From: Bispira polyomma
Lineage: Eukaryota
Assembly: GCA_965649765.1 (NCBI GenBank)
Contig: OZ287761.1
Location: 15,624,001 to 15,688,000, forward strand
Length of the DNA: 64,000 bases
Reading direction: 5' to 3'
Below the pieces are notes generated by a model. That model did not search any database. It was not told the origin of the DNA and worked only from the letters and a program-made list of their open reading frames with translations. Of the stretch, positions 11,334 through 35,700 are shown one piece after another (position 1 is the stretch's first letter; the number at the start of each line of letters is the position of its first letter). The translations under genes and the position numbers were made by a program.

Positions 11334-14029
11334 TATATATGACACATAGTAAGAGAGTATCATGTATGTTTTATAAGTATGATATTTGTTTTATCTATAC
11401 ATGTATATAAGTCTCATTGTGACACATAATGAGACGGTATCAATTGCCTTTAATTACCTCCTTAAACTAATTTCTGATAACCACTTTTAGTACACAATAT
11501 CTTAGAAACAATGTCCTATTGTATAATGAGTGTTACAATTTGAGTTATATGTTTTGGTTACTAGTTAAGCATTCTATATGTGGACATTCTGATGTAGTTC
11601 ATTTATTTCATGTGTGTTTAAAATGTCATATGTGGTGTACAGACTTGAGGGGTATCAGCTGATGTGTATTGGGTACAATATTGTTGGAGAACTGTTAGTT
11701 ATAAAAGTTTAGGGTCCAGTCGCATATATGCAGATACACTATAAATTATTGGTAATATGTCGTTGAGGAGTAGTTATGACTTTTAAACATGTTATTTAGC
11801 AGTTGTATTTAATTGTGAGTGTTACTATCACATGTAATTTAGAATTTAGTAGTGTATATTAGACATTGTTGTTTATCACTCAGGAATGATTCTACACAGT
11901 GTACATTGAGCTTAAGCTATGCTCTGTTCAGAAACTTTGATTCAATATAGTCTAGGTATTCTGTTGAGCGGTTTTGAGACAGGCATGCTGTCTGAGGTGT
12001 AGAATGGCAAACAGTTTAGTTTAAAAATCAGCGGAGTTTTAGCAGCCAGTGTGGTAGTATTACCGGGGAAGGAAATGTAACTTATACTACAGGAGTGTTT
12101 GTAAGTAAATTAATACACTTTGGTATATTAGACTTTATGGATATTTCATTGTGATAGTATGTGTATGTAATGTATTACTCCAAATATGTAGTTACTGAAA
12201 AGTTCATGTTATAAGAACAGCCTATGTAAATATGTATGTCACTTATTAAAGGTCTGTTTAGTTAGGGGTTCATACCTCTATAATAGAATATTGAAGTCAC
12301 TTTAGAGTTATATGTAGTTTATGAATATAGGTGACAAGTAAAATTACTAACTAATGAGGTGTAACTTTCAAAAGTAATTATGTATAGGTATAATGAATAT
12401 TGTTATACTTTATGAACAAGGATACACTTGTATAAAGAGTATAGTAAGGATGCTTAATTCTTTACTTTTCAAGCACTGGTGCTGGCAGTACGCCCTTTAT
12501 GACTGAACAATTGAGGCTGGTGGTATCATTCATCTTGTTAGTTACACAGAACAACAGTGCATGGTGATACAGGCAAGATTCAGCATGTTATATCGACTCC
12601 GCACAATTCTTCACGGGGACTGTGAGTTATGACTGCGTAACAACTTTAGTCAAACTTGAACTGACAACAACAACGTTACTGTAATACAGCTAACAGCTTG
12701 GAAGACATTTCATCAGGAGGACAATAGTCAGGAACTTTGTGAACTATGGTATTGTAACATTATTAAAGGTGTATCCTTGGTGAGAGTAATTTATTAATAA
12801 TCTGGTTTTGAACCTATGAGATAAAAAGAGTTCGAATTTAAGATTGAACACACTTAATGTGAGCCACATGTTATTTTGTCTTATCATTGTAATTCTGAAT
12901 AAATAGCAATAAGCTTAGTAAAGTTAGAAGCTCTTTTACTATCCTACTATCTACAAACCACTATACAATCAAAGCGTAACAATGAGCTAAGCTGTCCATC
13001 TGTATACCAGTCAGAGAGTAGACTCTAATAGATAAAGCACAGAAAACAATAGGGAGTAAAGTCCAGAGTCACTCCCATATCCAGGTGAAGATGAAAGGTC
13101 AATGGAAGGTTATTGGTAAAAAGGAATAATTAAGGAGATCGAGTTGTTGAAAATGGTGCATTATACAGAACTGTTGATGTTATGTGATGTTATTCCTTCT
13201 TTTAATCAGTAATAATTTTTGGCTATGAATATGTTTTTTGTGCCTTGTGTTTTTGTATATTTCTAAAAAAAGTCCGATCTAGTAAATAATAATTTAAGTG
13301 AACACCTTGTTGACCTGAGATCATACTCGTGTAAAATATTGGCAGTTGCTTGTTTTTGCATGATATTTGATGCATGACGATCACTAAGTTTTGATGTGTA
13401 ATATCCATTATTTAAGATGCCCTCAACACTGATGCAAGGTTTAATGCCATTAATTAAGCTATCATTTCAGGGTGGCATTTGTATTTGTCTTCAATACAGG
13501 ATGAGAAAATCTACATGTACTTGCACAATTTCATAGATGTATTACCATGGCAAACCTCTACATAGAAGTAAATCATATTTAATGGATTTTATGTGGCAGT
13601 CACACTGTTTACGTTCTCGGGGCCATTCAAGCTCCGTAGAACGAGGCTTAAATGGTCTGGGACAAACATGTGACATGTGGGCATAAACTGGTGAGATCAG
13701 CAAGAATGGGAAGCATGTTTAAAACGTCTGTGGAGAACTTGAGAGAACTGGAGCAAAAAGGGTGTGGTTGGAGCTTAAATGGAGCATAAACTGCTTAGAG
13801 ATGGTCTGGGCATAAATTTATCACAAACTGGTAAGATCTGGTCAAAACTGGGCATAAACCAGGTTAACTGTTGCATAAACGGGAATGCAAATATATGCAA
13901 ATGCAATGAGCATTTCCCCCCCCCCCCCCCCCTCCAATTCTCTCCTGACCAGCCAAGTTCAAATGATCGATATAATAAACTGGTATAAACGTGGCAAGAA
14001 ATTGGACAGTGTGACTGCCACATTAGATA

Positions 14030-14410
14030 TTGAGCAGAATCACTTGTGCAAAATTGTTTACCTTGTAGGATCTCGCGTCAGTACCACTCCTTGTTTCAAA
14101 AGGCTCCATTGGCTACTTATCAAGTACTGCATCATCTTCAAGATCAATGTCACTACATACATAACTGTCAACTTTTGTCAGCCCACATATCTTGTCACAT
14201 TGTTGTCTTTCAGCAGGCTTATTAGGGGAAACAGAATCTCAGTCTCTGATACTAGAAAGAGTAAACGTATTGGATCCCTATGGCTCCTCTGTTGCAGCAT
14301 CAACCCTATGGAATATTTGACCAGCCAATATAAGATCCCAGAAAACCCTCTCTGGTTTCAGAAGTAACCTTAAGACCCAACTGTTCACCCTGGATTACTC
14401 TCTATAGACA
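14030..14410 (+). mobile_element. Highly decayed L2/CR1-group LINE RT C-terminal fragment
   Basis: STTPCFKRLHWLLIKYCIIFKI motif, like the LHWLP motifs at 4.6 and 49.6 kb. Confidence 0.65.
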
Positions 14411-14864
14411 TCTTTTTTGTCCACATCACCTCACCCATCACGAATTTGCATTGGAAATGGAGTAGGATTTCAACAATTTTGTCCATGATGTTGCTCTTTA
14501 GGAGATCAGACCAAAGTTGACAAAGATTTGTTAAAACCAAAATTTGGATTGTCATGCATAGAAATAATTATATTTGTTTTTAAATAAAAAGTAAGTTTAT
14601 TGGTTCAAAACTGCATTAGTGCCAGATCATTGGCAAGACACTGTGTTGAAATATATAAAAATAATAAAAGACTCCAGGCGTTCAATTTTTAATTTTATTC
14701 CACCTCTTGTGCCAGTGTGGCACTGGATTTCATACACAAAATGTTAACAATAGAATAAAGCATATAAAGGACTGTAATAACTTAAAACAATTGTAAATAA
14801 TAAGAGATGATGACAATATCAGGTAAAAGAGGGGAGAAATATTATAATTATAGCCAGAAACCAG

Positions 14865-15152
14865 TGGTCGTATTCTCGTAAGAACTCAAGTTCAACTCAA
14901 GCTTAAAACTTAAATCTGAAGCCCAAATATCTTTCCGTAACTAAAATCAGACTGCATTTTCGAATTCAGTGCTGAAAGCTCTATTAAAATGAATGGTCAC
15001 AAGTATATGTTGTGAGGAGATATATAAAATCTGACTGTATATTTGAATTCAGTGCTGAAAGCTCTTCTAAAATGAATGGTCACAAGTATAGATTTCTAAA
15101 TAGCTTTCATTTGAGTTGAGTCTAAGCTTGAGTATCTTTCGAGAATACGGAC
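14865..15152. mobile_element. PIF/Harbinger-like MITE (family C), with an internal duplication
   Basis: CGTATTCTCGTAAGAACTCAAG...CTTGAGTATCTTTCGAGAATACG inverted ends; relatives at 28570-28800 and 62627-62874. Confidence 0.6.
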
Positions 15153-16409
15153 TGGACCCTGTGACATAATTTAGTTATATTCAAAAAAAAATTTATAGCA
15201 GATTTTTAATTAGAAATATTATCTAACTTTTGTAATAGAATCCATATTAGTAAGAAAGGTTTGGCTTATTGGAAGTTTACTAATTTCAACCCAATTTGAT
15301 TTTTGTCTATTTTTTCACTTTCAGGTTGGTAAACCATTGTAGTATTTCAACATCTACAAAGCATAAAGAAAATATTAGCAAGCTAAGTCTTTACAATTTT
15401 GACACTAGAATAATATTTATTTTAACAGTAGCTTTTAGGCATTTTAATGATGACAACCAGAACTATCTGCAGCCTTGATTTACATGCATACAGAAAATAT
15501 GTTCATTTATCAAACACAAATACTTTTTAGCATAAAGATCATTCTTATTCAATATTTACATATAGAAAGTGAAGCTGTCATATATTTTTAAAATGTAAAA
15601 ATTAAACTAACTTAGGTGATCCTTTAGCACAGGTGATCATTTTATGTTTTATAAGCCAAAGTAATAAAATTCTTCTAATTTGTACAATTTTCGAACAAGT
15701 CAGTTTACAATCAAGATTTTTAATTCTGTTTGCATTTAACATTTGTATGTCAATAATTCATTTCAGTAAACAACATTGTTATTTTATCTGAGATTTATAC
15801 ACACATTAACCACACCACTGCAAAAACAAGAAAAAAATTATACTTATAAAGTAACATGTCAAAGTCTTCTTTGATGCATAATTATGCTAAAAATTACAGA
15901 TAGCCCGATAAGCTTAATCATGCAAAACAATTATACAAAACCATATTATTAAATCTCAGCCAATCAAACTGCTTGAAACAAAAATTAGAATCATTTTTAA
16001 ATACTAGGTCAGATGAAAACAAATAATTGACACCAATAGTAAACTTACATTAATGATTGGCAAGTTTTGGTGACGTAATCATTTTTTTTACAATAGTTCT
16101 GAAAGGTAACCGATTCAAATTCACTAATTCAGAGGTTTCCTAGAAGTTAATGGTAATGACACGTTTACATATTACTTTATAAGGCAGCTATTTTTCCACA
16201 GCAAAATTATTTGTTTTATAAACTGCATATCGTGTTACAGTTGATTGAATATACCATGTTTTTATTAAAATAGAGTAAGTTAAACCCTTCAAGACAAGAG
16301 ACAACAGTCAAATAAGACACAACAATAAAAACAACCGAAACAGATCAACTTAACTGAAATATTCTAGTGATTGCAGCTACTTTACAATATACTTTATGAT
16401 TGCTTTTAT

Positions 16410-16596
16410 ATTTGGTATTATTTTCGTATCATGACAGCCAGAATCAATGAAACCAGTGCTGAAGTAATGTGTAAACCACCGACCTAAGGCAAGTACCTGA
16501 CAAACTTTCCCACATGAAGGAATAGACAGGATTTGAACCCACACATTGGTGAGAGGCCAGTGATTGTGAAGCAGGCGCTTCTAACCATTGGGCCGT
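16410..16596 (-). mobile_element. tRNA-derived SINE
   Basis: Minus-strand head GGCCCAATGGTTAG (A box) ... GGTTCAAATCC (B box); body shared with 50316-50520 and 56613-56790. Confidence 0.75.
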
Positions 16597-16898
16597 CATG
16601 TGTAATCATTGTCGTATATGCATACTTATTTGTGGTTTATTCTATTGATCTTAAAAATTATGTACACAGCAAAATATGGCTTCTCCCTTTTTTATATGGT
16701 TAACAATGATTTAATCCAATAATCAGTGAATATATAGCGAATCAGGTTTGTTTTTAGGTCAAGAAATGTTGAAAAACCCACAAAATAAAACAACTAAGTA
16801 CATATTCTAATTTTTAAGATATCTTTGCATGATTTTGTTTTTGGTGAAGATTTACAATGTGTAATATTTGGTGTATAATTTGGTGTCGTAACATCCAG

Positions 16899-17529
16899 GG
16901 CCCGTATTTACAGAAGGTCTTAGTCTTAACTTAGTCTTTACATTTATGTCTAAAATATTTAAGACCACCTACTCTAAAGTCTGTGTGTTAAGAGTCCAGT
17001 TTAGAACTCAGCAAAGATCTTTTCTTACTATTACCATAACTATAAGACCAAAATCCTAACCTTTTCGGCCAAATTGATCAAAGACCAAAATCCTAATATT
17101 AGGACTAAGTTACAAAATCAAAGACCAAAATTCCAGTTAACACTAAGCACGGATCTTTTCTTACTATTACTGAGCCTAAGATCAAAACCTTAAACTTTTC
17201 GGCCAAAATAAAAGACAAAAATTCCAGTTAACACTAAGGACAGATCTTTTCTTACTATTACTGATACTAAGACCAAAATCTTAACATTTTCGACCAAAAT
17301 AAAAGACAAAAATTCCAGTTAACACTAAGGACAGATCTTTTCTTACTATTACTGATACTAAGACCAAAATCTTAATCTTTTCGACCAAAATCAACGACCA
17401 AAATCTTAATGTTATTGTGAATTTTCAATGCGCTTTATTGATGCTAGGCATTTTCTAAAGCACAACAGCAGAATCATTGATCTAATATTAGGACTAAGTT
17501 AAGACTAAAACTTTTTTGTGGATAGGCCC
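16899..17529. mobile_element. PIF/Harbinger-like MITE with CAG target duplication and internal tandem repeats of about 90 bp
   Basis: CAG|GGCCCGTATTTACAGAAGGTCTTAGTCTTAACTTAGTC ... GACTAAGTTAAGACTAAAAC..GTGGATAGGCCC|CAG. Confidence 0.75.
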
Positions 17530-18025
17530 CAGTGAAGTAAGAAGTCATTAAATTACTACTACATCAACACAACATCCAGTTCAGTGTAAATATTAATAGT
17601 GTAAAAATATAGATTTTTGTGAATACACCACAACATTATGAGATATGAATAGGAAACATACAAATGTCAACTACTGATATTAAAACAATATATAAAAAAA
17701 GATCATAGATTTAACAATATACCACAATAATTGCACATAATCGTATATAGTATTAACATATAGATATATATAGTAATCACTTTGCCAGTTTTATTAGACA
17801 AAATTTTATATATTAAAGAAAAAAGTTTTTTAAGCACATTCTGGTTAGTTGTTTACAATAATTAACTAATATTATTACAATATTAAACTAATATTAAACC
17901 GTAAACAAAACAAATATATTAAATTAATCAGTTTATATATTTTTATATAGCACTTTTACTCACATTTATCTCTAACAACAGTTTACAATACAAAGTTAAG
18001 ATTTTACAATGCATTCATTAATAAC

Positions 18026-18263
18026 TAGAGTAAACAATCTGAAATTCGCCACTGTATCTGAAAATCGACACCCCTAAAATTTAAACCAAATCAATAAAAA
18101 ATTGGCCAAAAAATAACTGGAATTTAGGAAAGTAAGGCCAAAATAGTCACCAAAAAAATTTGAATTTCAGCAAATATTACCCACAATTGTACCAAAACAA
18201 AAAAACATTTTATAGATGGCGAATTTCAGATACAGTGTCAAATTTTAGATTTCTTATTTATAG
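18026..18263. mobile_element. MITE family A copy (opposite orientation)
   Basis: Same TIRs; internal sequence is the reverse complement of the 10101 copy. Confidence 0.65.
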
Positions 18264-19066
18264 AGATGTGAAACAATTATTTATACAGAAATTTACAATA
18301 ATATATGATGACTGTTAAAATCATGACTCTTATGTTTATAACATAAACACACTCCATTGAAAACCTGTTTCTGTAATGCATTTTTATATTGCGTGTATAA
18401 ATGACTTCACTTACTGCAACATGACCGTGTAAATTATTTCAAATTGTTTTTGAAATACATTGATAATTGGGTTAATTGATTTATGATGAGATCTGGGATA
18501 CAATCCACTGTACTACAATGTATGAAAATATGGATATACATATAGTATAAAGAGATAAATAAAATAAAGTTTCAAGTGATATATGATAAAAATATTTCTT
18601 TTGAAATTTAACTATTTCATATGTGACCATAATTGACAAAATTGAGCAATACATAGTGATACAAATTATACAATTGTTACTGACAACATCACAATTAACT
18701 AAAAGTTACTATTACTAATATTTCAGACTACTAGTGTCCCTTAAGTTTTAATAAATTTGTAAAAGTTTTTTTGCTGTTGTTACATAAGTACCTTAAATAA
18801 TAGCATCACGTCTTGGTTGAATTATGTCAATTTTAAATCTGACCTGAACAATATTTTAGTGCTAAGATCTCTTGTTGTCACAGAAATAAACAACCTTGGC
18901 TGTAATTAGCCTTGTCTGCACCCTAAAATGACAATAAACGGGGGTATTTCAGAACACAAATTGACAATAATCAGGTTTTTCTATACCATAAATTGACAAT
19001 AATCAGGTTTATCTACACCATAAAATGACAATAACCAACTTTGGCCACACCAAAAAAGACGAAAGG

Positions 19067-19092
19067 TATAAATAATATAAATACCATAAATA
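19067..19092 (-). promoter_or_regulatory. AU-rich element cluster in the putative NR4A 3' UTR
   Basis: Minus strand reads UAUUUAUGGUAUUUAUAUUAUUUAUA: three AUUUA pentamers spaced 9 nt apart, 1.5 kb past the stop codon. Confidence 0.4.
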
Positions 19093-19774
19093 CTAGTCCA
19101 CACTTTTAACCACCAGATATGATTACAATATGATATAATTTAACACAATGTGTTCTGCAACAGGTAAATCATAGTAAGTTTTACAATAAAATATCTCTAC
19201 AACTTAGTATAACAAGTTTGTATGTAGATATGGCACTTATGTATTATACATGTATTTCACCAGTTCAACTCACTTTAGTAAAACATCAAACAGACAGTCA
19301 CAATATGTATAACAAAACTTACACACACTCTGGGATTTTACAACATAAAACTTTAATGGATGTGGTGGGGCAAGATATATGCCAATATTGCTTTATAACT
19401 TCACATAAAATAGGGTAATAATAATAATGATATAACCAGTTACAATATAAATACATTTACCTATCAAAATCATCACTATATATAAAGGGAATACATTCTT
19501 GATCTCCAACACAAAAATCTCCCACAAGACCATCTTCTGAATGTGCAAGCATATCTCATATCAATCATATTCTTTGGCAAACACTCTAAAAGCTCATGGA
19601 AGCCCCCCCCAAATAACTGCAAACCACAAACCACAAAATGTAAAATATTGAAAAAATAAAACCAAAGGGTTTCTATGAGCTTTACTGGCGTGTTTGCTTA
19701 TACGCACACTGTTACACTAGAATGCAGTCTTATCACAATGTAATGAGCAAAATAGAGAGATTTTTATGAATTGA

Positions 19775-20020
19775 AGTAAATAATCTAAAATTTGCCTCTG
19801 TATCTGAAATTCGCCGCACCTAAAATTTAAGGCCAAATCACTCAAAACTGGCGGTAAAATATAACTGGACTTTTAGGTAAGTGAGGGCAAAACTAGTCAC
19901 AGAAATCTCAAGCTCATCAAGTAAATACCCACAATTCTACCCCCAAAACCACAACTCTTTTCCAGGTCGCAGAAAATTTCAGATCCAATATGGCAAATTT
20001 GTTTTAGAATACTTTACTCT
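19775..20020. mobile_element. MITE family A copy (degenerate), in the putative NR4A 3' UTR
   Basis: AATCTAAAATTTGCCTCTGTATCTGAAATTCGCC...; colinear with the 18026 copy. Confidence 0.6.
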
Positions 20021-20588
20021 TAATAAGTGTCTGCTCAGTTGAAACAATCCTTCTTACATATTGATCTTATTAAATCTCACACGGATCCGCATCATTGGGT
20101 CATCATGCTGTACCTTAGACCTTAGTTATCTGGAGGATGATGCTGTTGTTGTTCTGGAATATTCTTGGCTCTATTGATCTAGCATTCTGGTCAGAACACT
20201 GTTTTTGGCATTGGAATACCACAGTTGGTGAACGCAACTCGTATGACTGTATATATATATATATTAGCCAGCTACTGTCTTGTCAACTTCATGCCAGCCA
20301 TCCCTGCACGAATCACCAACCAAAATCGCCATCCCTGCACAAGTCACCAACCCAAAGCTTTGCTTCTTTCTCGCATTCATTGGTGTAAACTGTCCTTTCT
20401 CTTTGTGTATATATATATGGAGATTGTTGGGAGATCATGTGACCTCAATCTCAACATAGTTTCCAAAATATAAACATCGAGTTATACACACAAAAACCCC
20501 AATAAAATACCAATGTTTTAGCATTCCACGGTAGCAGAGTTTTAATCTAAGCTGACAAACACAGCCAAAAATTAAGCCTCTCTCTTCT

Positions 20589-31445
<10,857 letters not shown>

Positions 31446-31466
<21 letters not shown>

Positions 31467-31738
31467 CTTGTCTTCACTGCTCTGATGATGTACACCCTGG
31501 CTGTTCAACAGGGGGCTGTGGGGTGAGATGTTCTGTCCTAAGGCCAGTGGGCTGGTCTCCACCTGGCTGGCGGTAATGGCCGAAGATGGGCTGGTCACGT
31601 GACTTGCGTGTGGGTAACTGGCGTTTTGAACCACCGATGGGTGAAGGTCGTTGCTATGGTCGTGCTGCAGTTGTTGGGTAAGGCTACTTCCGGAAGTATG
31701 TGGATGCTGATGCTGGAATTGAATTTCAGGCGTCACTG
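31446..31738 (-). CDS. NR4A: NR4A upstream exon: H/Q/S-rich in-frame extension ending in MLVLQAQ (ATG at 31466)
   Basis: Polypyrimidine tract and tandem acceptor ttccagCAG; open frame VTPEIQFQHQHPHTSG...SSEDKMLVLQAQ|gtcagt; MLVLQAQ resembles the vertebrate NR4A start MPCVQAQ. Confidence 0.82.
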
Positions 31739-32708
31739 CTGGAAATGGAAAAAAATTAAATACCAATGGTTAGTCTTGGGAATCTAACATTGAGTTAATT
31801 ATGTGGTAGTCCTTTGTCACATACAGTTTCATTTCTACCTGGCGCAAAGTTCTGAAAGAAAGGTTGGCTATATTGTTTGTCAAAGCATAAACTTTCTGTG
31901 GAAGGCAAATGTTCTGTCAAGTTCTCAAACTATCACTTAAACCCAAAAACAATATATTCTGCATTGACTTATCAACAGAACTAAAGAAATGTCTTCCTAT
32001 ATTTCAATATTAAATTCATATCATACAGTTATTGATTTACTCCCAAAACGTAAATAATAACAAGTAAGAAACCATAACCGTTTTAAAGATACATATGTAA
32101 AGAGATAACAAATTAGTAACATTACAATCACCCTTCATAAGAATATCATCTGCATATTTACATCCTCTGGTGTGTCAAGTCTTAAAACAGTAAACTTAGA
32201 CACTGGTGACGTAAATCTTTTATTACACAACTTTTACTCAATCCTACTAGTTATTGTCAGTTAACTACTTATATTTAGTTTTTATTATATTATACACATT
32301 CAGCAGCATCAAACTTTCACTTTGCATCTTCTTCGGTAGAACAAACACAGCAATTTTTCAACATCTTAAAAAAAAGTTATAGTATCACGTGACCTACCTG
32401 TAAACGTGTTCCCACAGTTATTGTTGTAATATGAATAATTGTTCATATTATGGTAACTATTCTCTTCACCGTACAGAATCATGTTTGCTTATGCATAGAG
32501 TACATACACGTGTGGTGTAGAGATATCACAAGTAACTGTTCACAGTTATCTGAACTGTGCTCTATTTCCCTACCTCAATAAATAAACTGTTTTTTAAAAG
32601 AAGCACTATTCTTGTCCCTCGTTTGATCTCTCCTCCAGACGTAATGGCCACCACCAAAATAATGAACTTTCACTTTGCTGAATTTTTATTAGATTAGGTT
32701 GCCTCTCA

Positions 32709-32713
<5 letters not shown>

Positions 32714-32752
<39 letters not shown>
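32714..32752. repeat. (TA)n microsatellite
   Basis: Uninterrupted TA run. Confidence 0.95.
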
Positions 32753-32756
<4 letters not shown>

Positions 32757-35700
32757 CTGTATGGAGACTGTTAATTTCCAATCTTCAGTATTATATATTA
32801 ATCAATTTTAAAACCCACTTGAAATTTCAAAGTTGAAACATTTCAACATCTCAGTGGAAAGACACTTGTAGAGTCTAATTAAATGGCAAACTTCTAAAGG
32901 TTTTTATAAAATAAACTCTTTATATGGCTAATGATGACTACCCCTCACTAGACCCCTCCCCTCTCTCTTCCCCCCCCCCCCCACACACACACACTTGAAG
33001 GGTGTCTTATGCCTATCCCTGGGCTCCTATTGGCTAAAAGTTTTCAATTAAAAACAAGCTTGGTCCTATCAACAGTGGGTGTCAAGTTCCATACTCACTC
33101 AACTGACACACTTTCACATCCATGAATAGTTTCCCATAGTTCTTCCAAACTTCTGATTTTAACCTCAAAATATAAAGCTTTAATTTTAATTACTAAAGGT
33201 TTTCTCTTGTTCCTTCAAACATCACATTTTAACCCCCTAAAAATGAAGCTTTAATTTTAAGTATTAAAGGTTATTACTAGTGACATTTTCAGTTTCATAC
33301 TCACACTTTCTAACCCATAACAACTTTTCCCATCTTCCTGTGAACATCTGATTTTAGCCTCAAAATGAGACTTTACTTTTAGTTATGAAAGATTATTACT
33401 AGTGGTATTGTATTTAAACTATTAAAAATATGTATGTAAAAAACCTTTTTCAAACTTTTTGTTGGCTTCATTTACATTGTAAGGTTATTCGTCAACTTTT
33501 TGGTTATATTTTAGGAAATTTTATTGCTCTACTGGGTTGCGTTTCTCATATTTTATCTATACATTGCTCTAAAATTAGTGAACTTATGCATTAGGTTAAG
33601 TGGTTTGTATCTAAGTACCTAAAACCAGAAGCAAATTGGAATTCCCACAATATCACAATTTCAAAACTGTAATCACACAATATCTAAAATGATACCTTCT
33701 CTCGATGATGTCACAATATTGCGGTAGACGATGACGTCTTTAGTTATAATAATTCAAAAATGTTAAAGACATATTTCACTTGATAACAACCGTCCATCAA
33801 AAGACAAAGCCACGCTTTGGTTGTTAACATTTTAAACGTTTAAAATATTAAATTTACCTAGCCAATCTTAAGATGGGCTACTTTGGATGGCATTTAAACA
33901 TTTAATAACTTCTTAAATTCACATTTTTGTGGAAAAGAAAGATATCAAGATGTGGCTAACTGTTGCCTTTGACTTTTGTCATTTGACTTGAAAACCAATA
34001 AGTTTGCATCTGATGGCAAGTTAACAAATGATAAGGCTGCATAAATTGGCACAAAACAAATATGAAACTCCTGCTAATCTCTTAAGACGATTATGGGAAA
34101 GTAATCTATACTTGTGACCATAGATTTTGGTAGAGCTGTACACATTAAGTGTAGTTTTTTTTTCGTGAAACAGACTTTTTTGTAAAAGTTACCATGTAGA
34201 CATTTGAGCTCAAAGATGTCTTTAAGCTTTAGTGTGTTCCAATAATTATGCTTGTGTATTTATATATTTATAATACCAATGCTAGAGTTTGTAAGGCCTA
34301 TAATATTTTCACATTTCTACAAGCATACTAGGTTTTAAGCAAGTGGCGACAAAGAATCTACGCTCATAATATTTTCACATATCCACAAGAATACTAGATT
34401 TTAAGCAAGTCAACTCGCGACACAGAATCTACAGTTATATTTTTGTTAAGACCAAAAAGAACGATTTTCAACCTAATTGACATTTTAACAGTATTTTGGT
34501 TACTAACCATATTATTATAAACTATGTAATATAAGAAGGTTAATGACTAAATGTTGTTTACTAATTCCAACAGAGGAATCACACGAAATTTTTGGTTATG
34601 AAATGCAAGAACCTTTACTAACTTAGAACTAGATCAACCATTTCTTTACCATTTTTTTTTTTCACTTGAGTTTAACCCTTTGTGTGACGTCATTATTGCC
34701 ATTGCAAATTTATTTAAAGAAAATAAAAAAATCTTTTTTCAACAAAAGACAGACTTTTGAAGAAAAGTGAAATAAAATTACGAATAAGAAAACAGTAAAA
34801 GATGTATATTTCAAATATCGTTTTGTAACTGCCAATAGTTTACACTTTGAATATGTAACAAGCTCACTGTATTAGAATATAAATGAAATTTTTTGAGTTT
34901 GTGTAAGAAACTCTTTGTAAAATTGCAATCATGGCAAGCTATTGTACAGTATTCCCTTCAAATTATCTTTCGTATGTACCTAACACCCTATTAGCATGTG
35001 TAGTGTATTTTAAAAATGACAGTTCATAAATACATCATACAAAAGAAGTTTTTTCTTGAATATAAAGAAGAAAAAACTTGGAAAAGTTTAACCATATAGT
35101 AACCTATATGCACAATTTATCCTTAATGTTGCATCCCATTCCAATAGTTCAACCATATAGTAAATGAATTTGCATTGTCAATGGACTACAATTTAACAAC
35201 TTTGTCAATGATGTTGCACTTTAGAAGATGATGCCTGGCATTAATTAGGCACGTAAAAAAAATCTATCATATCAGCATATATTGCACAGTTTTACCTTCA
35301 TATTCGGTCCCATTCCAATATTTCTTTACTCTGGAGAAGAAATGATTCACTCTGTTTTGCATGTTGGATACACTGACTGTTTGTGTGCAGTAGGCATTTC
35401 CAGCTATGTCCTAGTTTTAATTATATACATCTACACATTCCAATCAGGATCACATGTGTATCTCAGATATATATTTCTCATTCCAGCTCAAAATGCCCAG
35501 AACTGTTTATTTATTTGTTGTATTTTTGGTATTTCTAGATATAGTTTCTAAGTTTAAATTACAACAAAGTAAGCAATAAAATATTCAGTACACTTAAAGA
35601 CACCGACAGCTCATAATTATACTAAAAAAAAACATGTATTTTTTCAAATACTTATGCTATTTCCCTCTGTCCCAACAGTAGCTGTGCACACAAAACACAC

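Noticed and set aside
12470-12780. Possible plus-strand exon
   Set aside because: GC-richer with acceptor-like and donor-like sites, but no sustained ORF or recognisable homology.
13094-13101. Single NBRE AAAGGTCA
   Set aside because: An isolated 8-mer is expected by chance in 64 kb.
16520-16596. tRNA gene (A box and B box)
   Set aside because: No cloverleaf; the head continues into a body shared by several dispersed copies, so it is a SINE.
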